This document shows positions 13,151-26,848 of a stretch of DNA of 64,000 nt, piece by piece. Within the stretch, counting starts at the first letter, position 1. Each line of letters starts with the position of its first letter. The position numbers were made by a program, and so were the translations under genes. Under the pieces are notes generated by a model that searched no databases, was not told where the DNA came from, and worked only from the letters and a program-made list of their open reading frames with translations. This DNA is from Camelus dromedarius (lineage: Eukaryota). Location of the stretch: positions 97,466,001-97,530,000 of the forward strand of contig NC_087437.1 in the NCBI RefSeq assembly GCF_036321535.1, in the 5' to 3' direction.

Positions 13151-15304
13151 ATTCTGAAACTAGAGGATCTAGTTAGCTGTGGACTTAGCCACATTTTAGA
13201 GGTAATCTGCCACTAAGAGTTCTGTGAGACAAATACCTTAGTATTCACGACACGAATGTTTTAAATAATTTACCACAGAACATTGTATGTCTCTCAGCGA
13301 ATTATCTGTGGATAACAAGAATAACTATTCAGATGAGATTTTCCCCAGGGTAAATGAAGAGTAAAATGCCAGGTTCCAATTACACAGAACAACATCTCCA
13401 ATCGTGAGCAAAACAAAAGAATTGTTTCAGTACTGTAGGCAGCACATGTCCCAAATAAGCTTTTTTAACTAACACAGATGGTGTAGGTTTGATTCAGAGC
13501 TGTTACATTAACACATTCGTTTATAAATGAAATTGTCCAAACTCAATAACAAATAGCCATACATCTGCTTAATAATCATTCCTGTACCATTTTTAGAACA
13601 GAATACTGTAATTATTTTCCCTGATTACAAGAAATTTAGAAATGAATCAAACAGATGCTCTGCTTTTTACAGTTAAACAATTATTTTCCTCCTCCTTTCT
13701 GACTACTGAATAATATTACTTGGTTATGCTGAAGCTAAAAACTGAACACAGAAAGGTAAGTGTAAACCAATATATTAAAGACAGTAATAATCCAAATTAC
13801 TATGACTGGGGGAATAATTCTACCTATATACTCTGTTCCCTTGATTGTGAAATTGTTACTCTCATCAGTGGTACGCTTGACCCTTAGCAGAGGAAACGCC
13901 ATTGTCCACTTTGAGTTGCAAGAACTTCATTGCTTCCCTTTTGTCCTTGGAATACAAATTTTACGTATTAAGATGTTCCATCTTATCCTTGCCCATCTCA
14001 TCTATCACTGATACACTCTCTTCAATTTGACTCCTCAAAGAAGTTTAGGGTATTTATTGTGTCACTATGGATCTGGTAGGTGCTTGCTATCAGGCACAAA
14101 AAAATAAGACACAGTGTCAGAGAGTTAAGTTTTAATATTTCAGGTGAGTATTGCTCTGGTTTGGATGGTGCATGAAAAAAACAGAATGAGTGGAGGAAGC
14201 ATATACTTGCAGAGGGAAATCATACAATACTTCACATACCTTAGGGGAAGTATTATAAAAATTTCTCCAGAGGTTCAAATGAATGAGATATTTTGTTTGG
14301 GAGATGCAGAATAGGTAGAAATTGTCATCCTGCAAGTATAAAGAATATTTCCTTTATGACTAATATGTGGCTAAGTTCTTAGGATATAATGGTCCTTGCC
14401 ATGATAGAATCATGAGAGGGAAAAGAAACATTAAACCAATTCATTAATCAAACTAAGTAGTCCAAATGAGAATTTAAAAGTATGTTAAAATCTGTATATG
14501 AATATAGTACTTTAACCCACATAAAAAAATGACCTATAGATGTAACTGAGTCACACTTACTAAGTAACAGTCACGTGTTTTAATGCCAGGAGAAGCAGAT
14601 TACATAGCATGATAATAAGGACTATGGAATTCTGGGAACGTAAGTTTGAATCTTGTGTCACCACTCAAATATGTGATAAGGAGCATTAGTGATGAGATCT
14701 GACAATGATACATCAGTATTAAGGAAAAAGTAAAGAAAAAACAAGTAGGACATACATGGTCTTTAAAACCCTCTTCTGTGCTAAGACTATGAGTAATGGT
14801 ATCTACTCAGGATTCTCAGAGAGTAGACCTATGCAAAATAAAGTTGGCTCCTATTTTGAATACCATTTTTCCATGGTAATATGACATTTTGTAAATGTTA
14901 AAAGTCCAAATGCCTGTTAGAACTGTTAGAACATTAATCCTAAGCTTGCCTCTGAATACCTATGAATGGTCTTAATAATTACATGAGAACTTAATATTCT
15001 ATTGGGTCACTAACCCATCATATATATTAATTAACTTAAAATTCTAACAAGATAGTCTTAAATTTTAGTAATTTGGATGAGTTGGTGAAAAAATTTAGGA
15101 ATATTTGTAATCTTACTGGCATTCTGGCCATAAAGATGAAGACATTTTTGTTAACTGAGTGAAATATAATCAACAAAAAATTTTATAAAAGTTATTCACA
15201 ATTCAAAATGTTTTATCTATTGTTTCTGTTTGAACTGAAGAACGAACAAGCCATTATAATAGTGCAATATCTAGTTCATTTGACCCATTCAAAATTGATT
15301 TGGT

Positions 15305-16409
15305 GCATAAACCAATAGCAAGTTCATTTATTACCTTTAGAACAGCGATGTTATAAGTGCTATTTATTCATGAATGGAAACAGTCTGCCTACTTTACATA
15401 AGCAATTTAACATGGTTCATTTTGTTCAGGTGCACATGGTGAGAAACAATTTATATACATTATTTTTCTCTCCCTAGCCACTACATCCCCATATTGCATT
15501 CATTTCCTAAGAGCAGATGCTTAAAAAAAAAAAGCACCTGAAGGAGATTCTCCTTCATTTTGCCAATAGATAGATGATTTTCCACGCAAAGAAAGTTTGA
15601 TAACAAAAACAGTTTTTGCCCTATATTTTGAAAGAGCAAAGAAACCCGGCATTCACCACATGGCACAGAAACTGGCACAGACTTTTCTGTTAAATGGTGC
15701 CCGTTTTGATAATACTGTAGTTATTGATGGTAGTGCTAGAAATATGTGTGACGATGCAAGCAATAGTATTTGTACTTGACATCTGTTTTAAATACATCAT
15801 AAATTCTCCTCGCTAAGATTAGAAAAGAGTTCCTTTTTTTTTTTTCAGAAACACATATAATTTTAGGTGGGAAGGGTTTAGAGAAACAGGCAAATAAACT
15901 TACTAGAGATGAAGACGTGGAGTGTTTCCTTCTTTCCTACAGTCTCGCTGTGCGTCACGTAACTGCCTGGGCCAAGTGTGACTCAGCAGTGAGAGAGGTT
16001 CACCACGGTTCTTAGTGTTTTCAAGTTTTACCATGCTTCCTCATCTCAAAATCTTGGAGGAAAAAGGAAATGATGTCCCATTTCCGTTACATTTTAGTCC
16101 GTCTTCCTGATTTGGGGAAGTGCATGATCTTTCCATATTAAATAGCTGAAGGGGCTCTTTCAAGCGACAGGATTCTCCCCCAACACTGACAGACAAACCA
16201 GGATTTTGATACACATCTTCTTAAAACCCCAAACTGAGTATAACTCTCCCGTGAGCCTTTTCCATCCTGTACATAGGGGAACGTAACAGATCACGGTTGG
16301 GAAACACTGCTGCAAATAAGGGGTAAAGTTTGCTGGAGGAGTCTTCAAGCAGTACGCCATCTTCCCTGCAGCTGGGAACTGATTCTCTGTCTCTCTCCTC
16401 TCTACTCCC
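15305..16409 (-). other. Putative terminal exon / 3' UTR of an unidentified minus-strand gene
   Basis: Acceptor taacattatttttaacattgtactattgcag|GGGAGTAG at 16409; repeat-free sequence; two AATAAA on the minus strand (15368-15363, 15332-15327); Pumilio-type TGTATATA at 15459-15452. The coding phase is unknown. Confidence 0.45.
15915..15988. promoter_or_regulatory. Motif cluster: ARE (GTGACTCAGCA), CRE/ATF-like site and HRE-like sites
   Basis: GTGACTCAGCA at 15978-15988; TGCGTCACGTAA at 15951-15962, containing TACGTG on the minus strand; ACGTG at 15915-15919; CpGs retained locally. Confidence 0.4.
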
Positions 16410-18179
16410 CTGCAATAGTACAATGTTAAAAATAATGTTATCCAGTTTTCTGTTTATTAATTTTTATAAAATAAAAAAATTTGCTGTTTCTTGCTGCCCT
16501 TCTTCCAGGTCTCAGGGAAACTCTTTCCTTGGCCAATAAGACTATGTCGCATCTATCTTTTAGGATGAAATTTATTTATCAAACATATGTATGAAATTTA
16601 TGAAGTGTGTATCATGGTTCTCATTTAAAATGTGTTAGAGACCTTTCCCATTAACATCTGTCTCTCTCACTAGAATATAAGCTTTGGGAGAGCAGGGAAC
16701 ACAGAATTTGCTTACTATTGAACTGCAAAACCTAGTCCATCTATGTTTGTTATATGATGACTATTACGGAACTAGTAGAAGAGGGAAACAAAGCACTTTA
16801 ATCACAGAACACAAAATTTTTTATTTGAAGTAAGAACAGACATGCTAGTGAAACAAAGTGCTTGGCTGTTTGCCCAGTTTACGTAAGTACCAAATACTCA
16901 CCATTACTGACTGATTTTCAGTGGCACCCACAGAGGTGTTCTTGTTGAACCCAGTGTCCTATAACTTCTGTTTGGGAACAACAACCATAAGCATTCTATA
17001 ATCACGTACATGTTTTACCCTAGTTAGATTAAACAGATTTTACATATTCTCGAATGAGTTAAGATCACACTTGAAAAAGGTCAATTCTTTTAGGCAGTGC
17101 CTTTACTTCACTGTTTGTTAAAATAGCCATAATAATGGACTAAAAACTTGTATGACATTATTCTCATAACAAATAAACTAACAAATGAGCAGATGCTTCC
17201 CAGAATGGATTTCACTGTACATGAAATGTGCTGTGACATTAGATCTTACTTGCGGTGTTTCTCTGTGCATTTTAGGAATTCATCTCAATGTCCATCTACC
17301 TATATTTCTATCCTACACTAGTTTTTTTTTTTTTAAGTTTTAGTATACTGCCAATTATTCTTAAACATTGCAAATAAGTAGTTTCTAAATGCAGCATTTT
17401 AAAGTAGTTCATTAGCTCGTAATATTTTAGAACCCATTCCTCTTCTCAGTTTTTTGAGTACTGGCATAAGCCTCAGGCTCACAGGAAAAATCTACTAGCG
17501 AGGACGATTTCTTGAGGGCTACACTTTAATATCTGAAGTAGAAGCATCTGCTTTTTAAATTTTCACTAAATTCACATGTTACTCAAATCAAAGAGAAAAA
17601 TAAAAGCAGCCAAATTAAGGGTGAGAAAAGAGCTGGGCTCACGTGTACATGCGCACACCCACAATGAACTTAGTAGAAACTTATGGCTGGTAACAGTATG
17701 ACATTTGCAAGACTGTTTTAAAAGAGTTCACAGATGTTGTGCAAATGTCTGTGGTATCAGAGAAATTCAAGGTCAAGTAAATGCTAGCATCTGATTTGTG
17801 AGTGTTCAAATCTGGTAATGGAAGGATTAAGACCTGAGAAACTCAGATGTTTATAAAAATAGTGATGCCCAAAATCTTCTGTGTGGCATTGACTTAAAGT
17901 CATGAACATAGAATGAACTTAGGAACTGAAAATATCTAGGTTTTTACCTCCTGGCTCTCATCCTCTAAGTCTACAGCAGGAAAATATGGACATTAATATC
18001 TCTGAAGTGGTGTGCTACTAGTCAGTGGAATACATGTAGAAAGGGTGTGACAAGTGACATGGAAGCTGATCCACGTTAATTCTTTTTGTCCCACTGACTA
18101 AGGAATCTATCATGAGCACCTACAAGGAGAGGGAACTAGAAGGAATACTTAACCGAAGATCAGAAAAAACGGCAAACAC

Positions 18180-18370
18180 ACACATAGTTCTTGCACCTGG
18201 AACTTTTGTTCTACAAATTTAATATAAAACCAACTCATTTAATCCTAGAAATACTCTTTTGAGGCATTATACGAGGGTAGATAGGCACAGAGACATTAAG
18301 TAACTGACCCAAGTTCACAGACTAAGTGAGGGGTGGAGCTAGAATTTGAACTAAAGTTGCTTTCTGCTTC
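18180..18370 (-). mobile_element. MIR SINE
   Basis: aactcatttaatcct...aggcacagagacattaagtaactgacccaagttcacag...ggagctagaatttgaac. Confidence 0.7.
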
Positions 18371-18789
18371 TCTAAAGTCTACACTTGGCTCTGACACTAC
18401 TTATTTGTGGGTCTTGGTTAAAACCAGTTAACAGTTATCATTTAAATGGGATATACATTCATGACCTTTAAAAAAGTCTATGTTAAACGTTGTGTGAGTT
18501 TCCAACAAATTTGGAGGCATTTGGGAACACATACTTTGAAATCTAAGTGGTGTAGCATACTTGAAATCCAATTTTGTGGTCCTTGGGGGCCTCTCAAAGA
18601 GATTGGCTGTTATCACCGATCGCTGCTGAAACTGAGGTTCAAGGTGTCCATGGGGCCGAATTAACAGACACAAGACCAGAAGCACTGAATTGCATTAGAG
18701 CTCCTTCTCAGGGCATTCGGGGAACAATCAAGATTTGTTATTAATTTAAAATTTTCTAGAACAGTGCTAGATATACTAATATTAATGAT

Positions 18790-18975
18790 ACTGAGAATTG
18801 TATTCACTTTGCTAAATACTTTACATATGTGATTGCATTTGCATCTCATAATAATCATATGGAGGGACCTATTTTTACACCAGATTTATACATCAAACAG
18901 CTGGGGATGAAAACACGGATTTTCCAACTAACACAGTGAGTAAACAGTGGAGACTAGGTTTGAATCCAAATCTTC
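18790..18975 (-). mobile_element. MIR SINE
   Basis: aatactttacatat...tctcataataatc...acacagtgagtaaacagtggagactaggtttgaatcc. Confidence 0.6.
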
Positions 18976-19599
18976 ATCGGCAAAGTTAGTTTGAGAATCC
19001 TCTCATAGTGGTGAGGATGAAAACACTTTAAATGACTGAAATGCAAGAAATAAAAAAGGCAGAACTAATCACTGCATTACACAAAGTGGATTTGAATTGT
19101 TCTCCACTGCTATTATCACACTTATTTTTTTCTCCTGAATGCTGCCTATAATTGTGTAAAAGAAGGGGATTTACTAGAAATAGAAATGCTAATGTTAGGA
19201 ACTTGGAGTAAAACAGAGTATATTAGTGCCCCACAAATGGCATTTCTAAGAAAGTGACAATTCAAACTTTATGTTGTTATTCTTTACATTCTATAGTGAT
19301 TTATTAAAAGTTGTTTTATAATCATAAGAATTTTCCTTAAAGATCAAATTTATCACTATTTCAGAGAAATCTTTTCTTCCAAAATGGCATCCTTAAAAAC
19401 TCTTGAATTATAAATCAACTTTTGAGGACTACTGGCTAACAAACGTAGCATGTAGAGATCACATTTAAGGCTTCCAATATTAGTATTTGTAGTAGCCCAT
19501 CATTATACAGCAGGCAACTCCAAAAGCCACCTCCTAATATGATGGCGGTTCATAACACATGGGCAGAGACTGTTCCACAAGTGGGTTAAGTGCAGAAGG

Positions 19600-19815
19600 G
19601 TCATCCGGAAGATCCGCTTATCAGTTCAGGAACAGCAGTCTTTGAAAATGTACACTGACTCTTCGCTGGAGGCATGACGTACCAGCGTACTAGTTCCACA
19701 CAAGCTTGAGTCATGTTCAGTGAGTCATTTCAAATCCATTTGATTAAAATCCAGAAACTCCCCTAATTCATAACCTCACTGAACTGAAAGTCATCTTGAA
19801 CAGTCACATGACAGC
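19600..19815. promoter_or_regulatory. Candidate enhancer (2x AP-1, CRE half-site, ETS, M-box)
   Basis: TGAGTCA at 19707-19713 and 19721-19727; ATGACGT at 19674-19680; CCGGAAG at 19605-19611; GTCACATGAC at 19803-19812; several CpGs retained. Confidence 0.4.
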
Positions 19816-20009
19816 AAGGCTTACCAAGGAGGAGTGTCACACTCCTCGTGCCCAAGAAATTTTCTTTCAGACATTTCAGTATCTGTGATAGCACTCATGA
19901 ATGACCATGGTATGGTTTTATAAAGCTCGATACTGCCTGTGTAATTATTTTTCCAAGAATACACTAATCAAGTCCCTTAATCTTGTCAGAATCTAAAATG
20001 TGAATTTTT

Positions 20010-20260
20010 AGTGTAATAAAGTGAAAATAATATGGGCTTTGGGGTCCAGTTTATCTGGGTCTTAACTCCAACTTGATCTCTTACCAGCTGGGTGACCTTG
20101 GCCAGATCACTTAAACACTTTAATGATCAATTTCCTCATTTTTAAAAATACTGTTATTATCATCTTAAGAGCTGCTGTGAGGTCCATAAAATAATGCATT
20201 TAAAAAATTTAATAAACATTCTGACATGTTCTAAGCAGTCATTAAATATTAATCGATGTT
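20010..20260 (+). mobile_element. MIR SINE
   Basis: cttaccagctgggtgaccttggccagatcacttaa...caatttcctcatttttaaaa...gctgctgtgagg. Confidence 0.75.
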
Positions 20261-23200
20261 GATATCGTTGCTATTATGAATAATATTATTTTTATTAATA
20301 TTACTCCTTCACAGAAAGGTTGTAACTAATCACCACAAAAATATGGTGCTAATTCTTCTTGGATAGAATGCATTTATTCTACTAGTAATCATGAAATTAA
20401 TACCCTGGGTATCACTAGAAGAATAAATGGATTTTTTCATGAAAAGTCATCAAACACTTAGAGTTTAAATGTTTACAAAGTACTTGGGCTCCAAGATAAT
20501 TTCATCTGGATACAAAGTTTCTTTAAAATTTACCTTAAATTAAAACTATACCTTTTTTTATAGGAAGAAAAATGTTAAGCAATTAATCAAATAAAGTACC
20601 CTTAGCTCATTGTTCAGAGCCATTTACATTCAGCCAAAGAAAATGGATTATTGAGTTATGAAAAGGAAGATGGTCCAACTTTCCTATTAAAAATCAGCAA
20701 CACCACTGTGGATGGCAATTTGGCAATATGTATTAAGAGGCTGAAATATTTGTGCATGGATTAGACCTAGCAATTAAACATTGTTATATTTGCCTAAAGT
20801 AAGTAATCTTTAAAAGAGGATAATTCTAGAATTTTATGATGGTCCATGATAGAGGAATGGTCAGGTAAGTTATGATACTTATTCAATTTATTGTAACAAA
20901 TTTAAAAATAATGAAGATCAAGTAGCAACTTAGAAATTGCAGGTTAGAAAAGTGTATAAAATTACTAGAATTTTAAAAATACCTGAAATTAATGATCATA
21001 AAGAAATAAACAACAACAGTTGAATCGCAGAGTCGATTCTTTTGTATCCCTTTAAACATCCTCTCAATTTCTCTTCCTTGCTTTTTTTTTGCAATGTGTT
21101 GCTATCACTTAACAATTAAAGCAAGTAATTTATAAACATTAATATCAACGCTACCCTCAAACTAGGCTTGGAGACTACAAAAGAGAGCAGAATACACGGT
21201 GGATGTCGCTTTATTAGTACCTACTCTCCCTACTTCTCATAAATGAAGGTCTTCATTATTCAAGGGGTGAGTGCGTGTGTATATGTGTGCGAATGCATGT
21301 GTGTCAGCCAGTTGTGAAGTCCTCTATCTCACGTTTGCAGTGTATTAGCAGTAGAGCAGTGTTATCCCTCAAGCAAATGGAAGTGGTGAGGAGAGAGTGC
21401 AGAGGCAGGAGGGGTTAGATACTACCTCCCAAAGACTCACCGATAATAAAAGATAAAAAAAGCATTGGTTCTTCCCTGGTTACAATAACTGCAGAAGTGT
21501 CATTCTGATTGAGCATAACACAAAAAGAATTTAAAACATAAAGCCTTTCTTGATTAATGAAATACCTTGGTAACAACAAAGATGATTCTCTAGGGAAAAA
21601 GCTTAGACCAAATTTTTTAAATATTAGTCTTTTTGTGACTTGTCTATAATTATATCCTTATTTCCAATTTCACACTTTTATTTCAACCTTCATAAGCATC
21701 TGTTAATTTTAAAATGGTGCAAAATATAATTCTGAACCTCAAATATTCTGATACTCCCATGACTCAATCTTAATATTTTTAATTCTGTTTTAGTTCCCAT
21801 TGTTTGCCATGATTTTGAAGATGAGATCAACATATAACAGACAGGTGTTGAAAGTCTGGTTACACATTTGCTGGGAAGCATGCTCTCTGCAAAGGTTTGC
21901 ATGTCCTTTTAACGACAATGTCTAAGACCTCAACACAAAAGCATCTGCCTTCAGTGAAATCTCAACATAATAATCTTGATAATTTTTCTTGGTTTAATCC
22001 TAAATCATAACCCAAGATTTTTACACAAATTGAACTTCACATTTACCACTACTGTAAAGATGATTTTCAGACTCATGTTTAGAATTCAGCTGCTTTGGGC
22101 CTCTGTTAATCTTCATTAAAACTTTTTCCTTACATTTATTTAATGGACATAATGAAGAATAATTGTATAAGTCTTTAATAATTCATGTTGTTTTTACATC
22201 AGGAGTTAATAAAATGTATTATTTCTCATCTTTTTATCTCTCATTTATTTTTAATTCTATGAATATAGCAACCCAGAAAACATATGACACTGAATATATT
22301 TGTGGACATCATTCCACTAAAGATTAATACAAGTTAATTGTGTCGACAGTTTCATGCTGAACATACATTAATTCGACAGCAAATTTCAGTCTACTGAAAA
22401 TTTATTTTTAAAATACTCTATCATTTAGAAAAAAATCCATTTACATTTTAGAGTTTTCAATGACATATAATTTTGCCTGCTAAATATAAAATAAAGCCAC
22501 AAAAATACTATTTTATAAAATTTAGCAGTATTTCACTATAAAACTAGAAAAAATAGATGTGCAAAAATGATTTGTAAAATCTTGATCATATGAATATTTG
22601 TTATATTTTAAAAATTATTTGACAATTTATTTTGCTTCTGGACTAAGAATAATCTAATTTGAATTTTTCTAATTCTGAAGGGATTAAATACCCAAAATAT
22701 TGTCTAGAGTAAGGAGTTCTTCTGAAAGGAAAATTATACCCTTAAGAATGTTACACTGAAATTTCATATCCATAGTTTCATTATAATTCAACAGATACAT
22801 TATCTACAGGTGAGAAGTGACATGAAAGAAGGTTTCTCAAGAAGAAAACAGATGAATAAGCCCATAACCTAGGAATAATTGGCAGTATCATTTAGATTTT
22901 TGAGATTCAAGGTTTGATAAGAAGAGGGGGATAGAAACAATTTCCCCAGATTATTAATTTTTTAATATAAGAATCATGTGTGCATTCTGAAATTTTGGCA
23001 ATCTGTCCACTATAAGAACGGTAATATATTTCACCAAATTCCTAAAGACAATGGGGTAAAAAAAAATCACTTTAACCATCAAGGTACAGAATAGTTAAAA
23101 TTTATTTTCTTTGGAAAAGAGAACTCCCAAGAGACAGGAAAATATCTGGAAATAAAATATTGAATTATATTCCTGGAGCTTTTATGAAGAAAGAAAGGAA

Positions 23201-23816
23201 AGGCAAAGAGAGCTATGAATACAATGTCACGGTTGGATAGCATGGGAGGCCCTTAATGAGTTCTCAGCTCATCATGGCAGGTTACAGATGGAGTGGGTGG
23301 GAATGTGCTTTTCCAAAGTGACTCAGGATATAGGTAATAAGACCACTGTCTGTGATGGTTCTGAGAAGTATGCAGTTATCAGACTGGTTAGGAAACTACA
23401 TATTCAGTGAAGTCTTTTTTTTTTTTTTTTTTTTTGACAAAGCATTTATCTATTAATTGATTCAATCAGGGAGAGTAAAAGAGAGAGAGAATCACTGCCC
23501 TTGTGTTGCTTTGTAGCTAACATTCCAGTTGGAACAGCTGCATTACTTTGCCCTTTTGGGTGGAGAGAGGAAAGATAACTGCAAAGTATAATCACATGTG
23601 GGGTCTTTTCAGGAAAGAGAATGACTTAAGCTTTTTATGTGCTGGAAAGTGCCACATGTTCTCAAAAGGGGTTTTCCTGTTCTGAATATAACCATTGTGA
23701 GCAATGGCAGATCACTGTAATGGATAGAAACAGAAGACCCACAGGCTTATTCTAAGGCTACCTGGCTAGCATGGGAGCAAGAGCTTTGTTCTCTCTAAGT
23801 GTGAGATGATACTGAG

Positions 23817-24307
23817 TGTAATGGTTTCTTCAGGCTGCCATTAGAAACTGCCATACTTTGGGTGGCTTAATATAACAAAAGTTTATACTCTTGCAGTTCT
23901 CAAGGCTGGAAATCCAAAACCAAGGTGTCAGCAAGGCCATGCTCCCTCTGAGAGTCTGGATAGCATCCTTCCTTGCCTCTTTCTCACTTCCAGTGGTGGC
24001 CATCATGGTGGCCATCAATGCTTGGTGTTCCTGGCTTGCAGTTGTATCAGTCCAGTTCCTGCTTCTGCTGTCACATCGTGTTCTCCCTGTGTGTCTCTGT
24101 CTTCACATGGCTGTCTGCACTCCGACTTTCCTCTCTCCTCTTTGTATAATGACATAGTCATATCGGATTAAGGGCCCTTCCTACTCCAGTGTTACCTCAT
24201 CTTAACCATTACATCTTCAATGACTATTTTCAAATAAGGTCATACTCTGAAGTATTAGGGGCTAAAACATCAATCTATCACTTTGGAAGACAGTTCAGCC
24301 CATAACA
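23817..24307 (-). mobile_element. MaLR solo LTR (MLT1C-like)
   Basis: Reverse complement begins TGTTATGGGCTGAA; contains ggtggcttaa...cagttctcaaggctggaaatccaaaaccaaggtgtcagcaaggccatgctccctctga; TG...CA termini. Confidence 0.85.
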
Positions 24308-24379
24308 CTAGGTAAACCAACATTTTTACAAAATCAACAGTTTTCTTGCTTAGGTCAGAGTTTTCTTGTCTAGAAACTA

Positions 24380-24714
24380 TGTCTTATTCGGGAGTGCTAA
24401 AAGAAAGATATCATAGGCTGGGTGGCTTAAACAACAGAATTTTGTTATCAGTTCTGGAAGTTGGGAAGTCCAAGATCAAGTGCGCTGATTCAGTTCCTGA
24501 TGGGGGCCCTGTTCCTGAAGTGTCCTCACATGGTGAAGAGAGAAAGGAGACAAGCTCTCTCCTGTCTTTTCTTATAAGGGTACTAATCCCAACATGAAAG
24601 CACCACACTCATAACCCAGTCACCTCCCAAAGGCCCCACACCAACTACCACAACATTGGGGATTAGAGTTCCAACATAATAATTTGGGGGAACACAAACA
24701 TTCAGTACATAGCA
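24380..24714 (-). mobile_element. MaLR solo LTR (MLT1A/A0-like)
   Basis: Reverse complement begins TGCTATGTACTGAATGTTTGTGTTCCCCCAAA; near-TSD aacta/gacta. Confidence 0.85.
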
Positions 24715-25209
24715 GACTAGAATCAAAGTAATATTTTCTCCAGCTAAGTTTGAAAAGCCATAAAACAACGTGAAGGTTAGTATTTGTCAAAGTGGGCAAG
24801 GTTTAAACAGTATTTTTATGATTAAGACTCTCTTCAAGCCAAGAAAGATGATCAGTTTGTACAAACATTAATTTAATTTTTATTGTGTTATTTCTCGTTT
24901 TCTTAAGCATGACACATCTGTTAGTCTCATAATTACCTTTTCCCTCTATATTTTCAAAGCTTTTCTTTAACCTAATTTCATTCTGTAGATTCATAAAGGG
25001 CTTCAGTCTCTCAAGTTTCCATAGTTTTAAAATAGGTAACTGCTAAAATCTGTTTTCTTTTTTAACTGTTAATTATAAGACCTCAATATCATTTTAATTT
25101 CCATTTCACATTTAGTCTATAGAATCTCTTTTCATAAGCAATCATTAGACTGTTCAAGTTTCATTTCAAGTCAAAAAATATATTCAAATCAACAACCGGA
25201 TCTTGTGCC

Positions 25210-25440
25210 TTCATTAAGAACACGGACTCTGTAGCTGAAATGCATTGGTTCAAATCACTTCTGTACTATATCCTCACTTTGTAATATTGCTCATGCTATT
25301 TAACTTTCTATGCCCCATTTTCTCATCAGGAAAAAAGGAATAATAGTAGTATCTACCTGGTAGGATTCTGCTTAAGATTAAATGGGTTACTATACATAAA
25401 CCATTAAAAAGAATGTTTGGCAAGATGAAAGTTTTGCTTA
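25210..25440 (+). mobile_element. MIR SINE
   Basis: ttaagaacacggactctgtagc...ggttcaaatc...ttttctcatc...taatagtagtatctacct...aagattaaatg. Confidence 0.7.
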
Positions 25441-25444
25441 AGTA

Positions 25445-25682
25445 CAGTTGACCCTTGAACAACACAGGTTTGAACTGCATGGGTCCACTCATAGGTAGAC
25501 ATTATTTAATAGTAAATACTATAGTACTACAGAATGCATGGTTGGTTGAATCTGCGGACACAGGACCTTGGGTGGATATGGAGGAACCATGGACAGAGAA
25601 TGACAATCCTAAGTTATTTATCAATTTTTCACTGCACAAAGGGTCAGTGCCCCTAATCCCTGCTTTACTCAAGGGTCAACTA
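25445..25682 (+). mobile_element. Tigger2-derived MITE (TcMar-Tigger; Tigger2a/MER8 group)
   Basis: TIRs cagttgacccttga...tcaagggtcaacta, TA dinucleotide on both sides, internal aacacaggtttgaactgcatgggtccac. Confidence 0.85.
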
Positions 25683-26848
25683 TATAAACTACTTTATTAT
25701 TAAAGTATGAAGTGATATTGAAATGCAACAACACACATACCTTAAGGAAGCTTTCTCATCTAGCTAGTTTGGGACAGACAGAATGGGGACTTGGTAAGGG
25801 ATCATGTTTCTGACACTTACTAGCTATGTGAACTTAGACTATCTATGGGAATTCTTCAACATTTAACTTCATGCCCTGCAAATTAGTGCTAGTCTATCTC
25901 TTGAATGTTAAGAAAATTTGGGTAAAGTGCTCAGGAAGTATTTGGCAAATGACAAATTTTCAATCCTAATTCCTTTCCACCTTTTGTTCTTCAAATTTAG
26001 CTTTGGAAAGTGGGGGAAATGAACTGGAGAAATAGAATACTGGAGGGCTGGAGTCCAATCAAAGTTACTGCAGTGTCAATAGCAACATGAGAAGAGAGCC
26101 AGTAACAAGGAGAGAAGGAAAGCATAGAAGTAGGAGACAAAACATTTTTGGTAAATGACTACATGTGGAGTTAACGAGGTATGGAGGAAGAAGTGATGAT
26201 CGGAAGGCTTCTGCAAAAGAGATTCTTCACAGTGTTATTACTTTGTTATACATATTTTGCCACACAAATCACGTATGGTATTATTAATAGTATCTGAAAT
26301 ATTGCATTTCTCTACCTTCCTAAGTCTTCAAACCAATACAGCTATAATTTAATTTTTCTTTATTTTTATTCCATTACTGCCCCCAATTTTATTCCTACCA
26401 GTCATGGTTCTTCTGCAACTCGAGAGAAGCACTCTAACATAGCTATAAGAGCATTTCCACGTGGGAAGATACTGTAATAAAACCCACTTTTGAAACACTT
26501 GTCTGTATCATAGCTTATTATACCGTGGGGTCTATTATGCTTGTGAGTTTGACTGTGAGTAGTATCAGAGTAGCCACTAATCTCAATATTGATGGTTATT
26601 TAAAAATCAGTACCAGAATTATTAATAATTTTGGAGAACATTTTATTTCTGTGAGTTATTATTTATGAAAAAAGGTAAAAGGAAGTGCTTTGAAAAATAT
26701 AACATATACAAATAGTAGCAAATAGAACTATACTATCTAATACGGTTGAAATCAATGAATAAATTAATTCCTATATATAACCTTACCAGACTTCTAATCT
26801 TAGTTTAAAAACAGAGTGACACTTACACAAAAATATAAATAAAAGCAA

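Noticed and set aside
18428..18858. Cluster of short ORFs on both strands
   Set aside because: No recognisable domain and no convincing splice-site pair.
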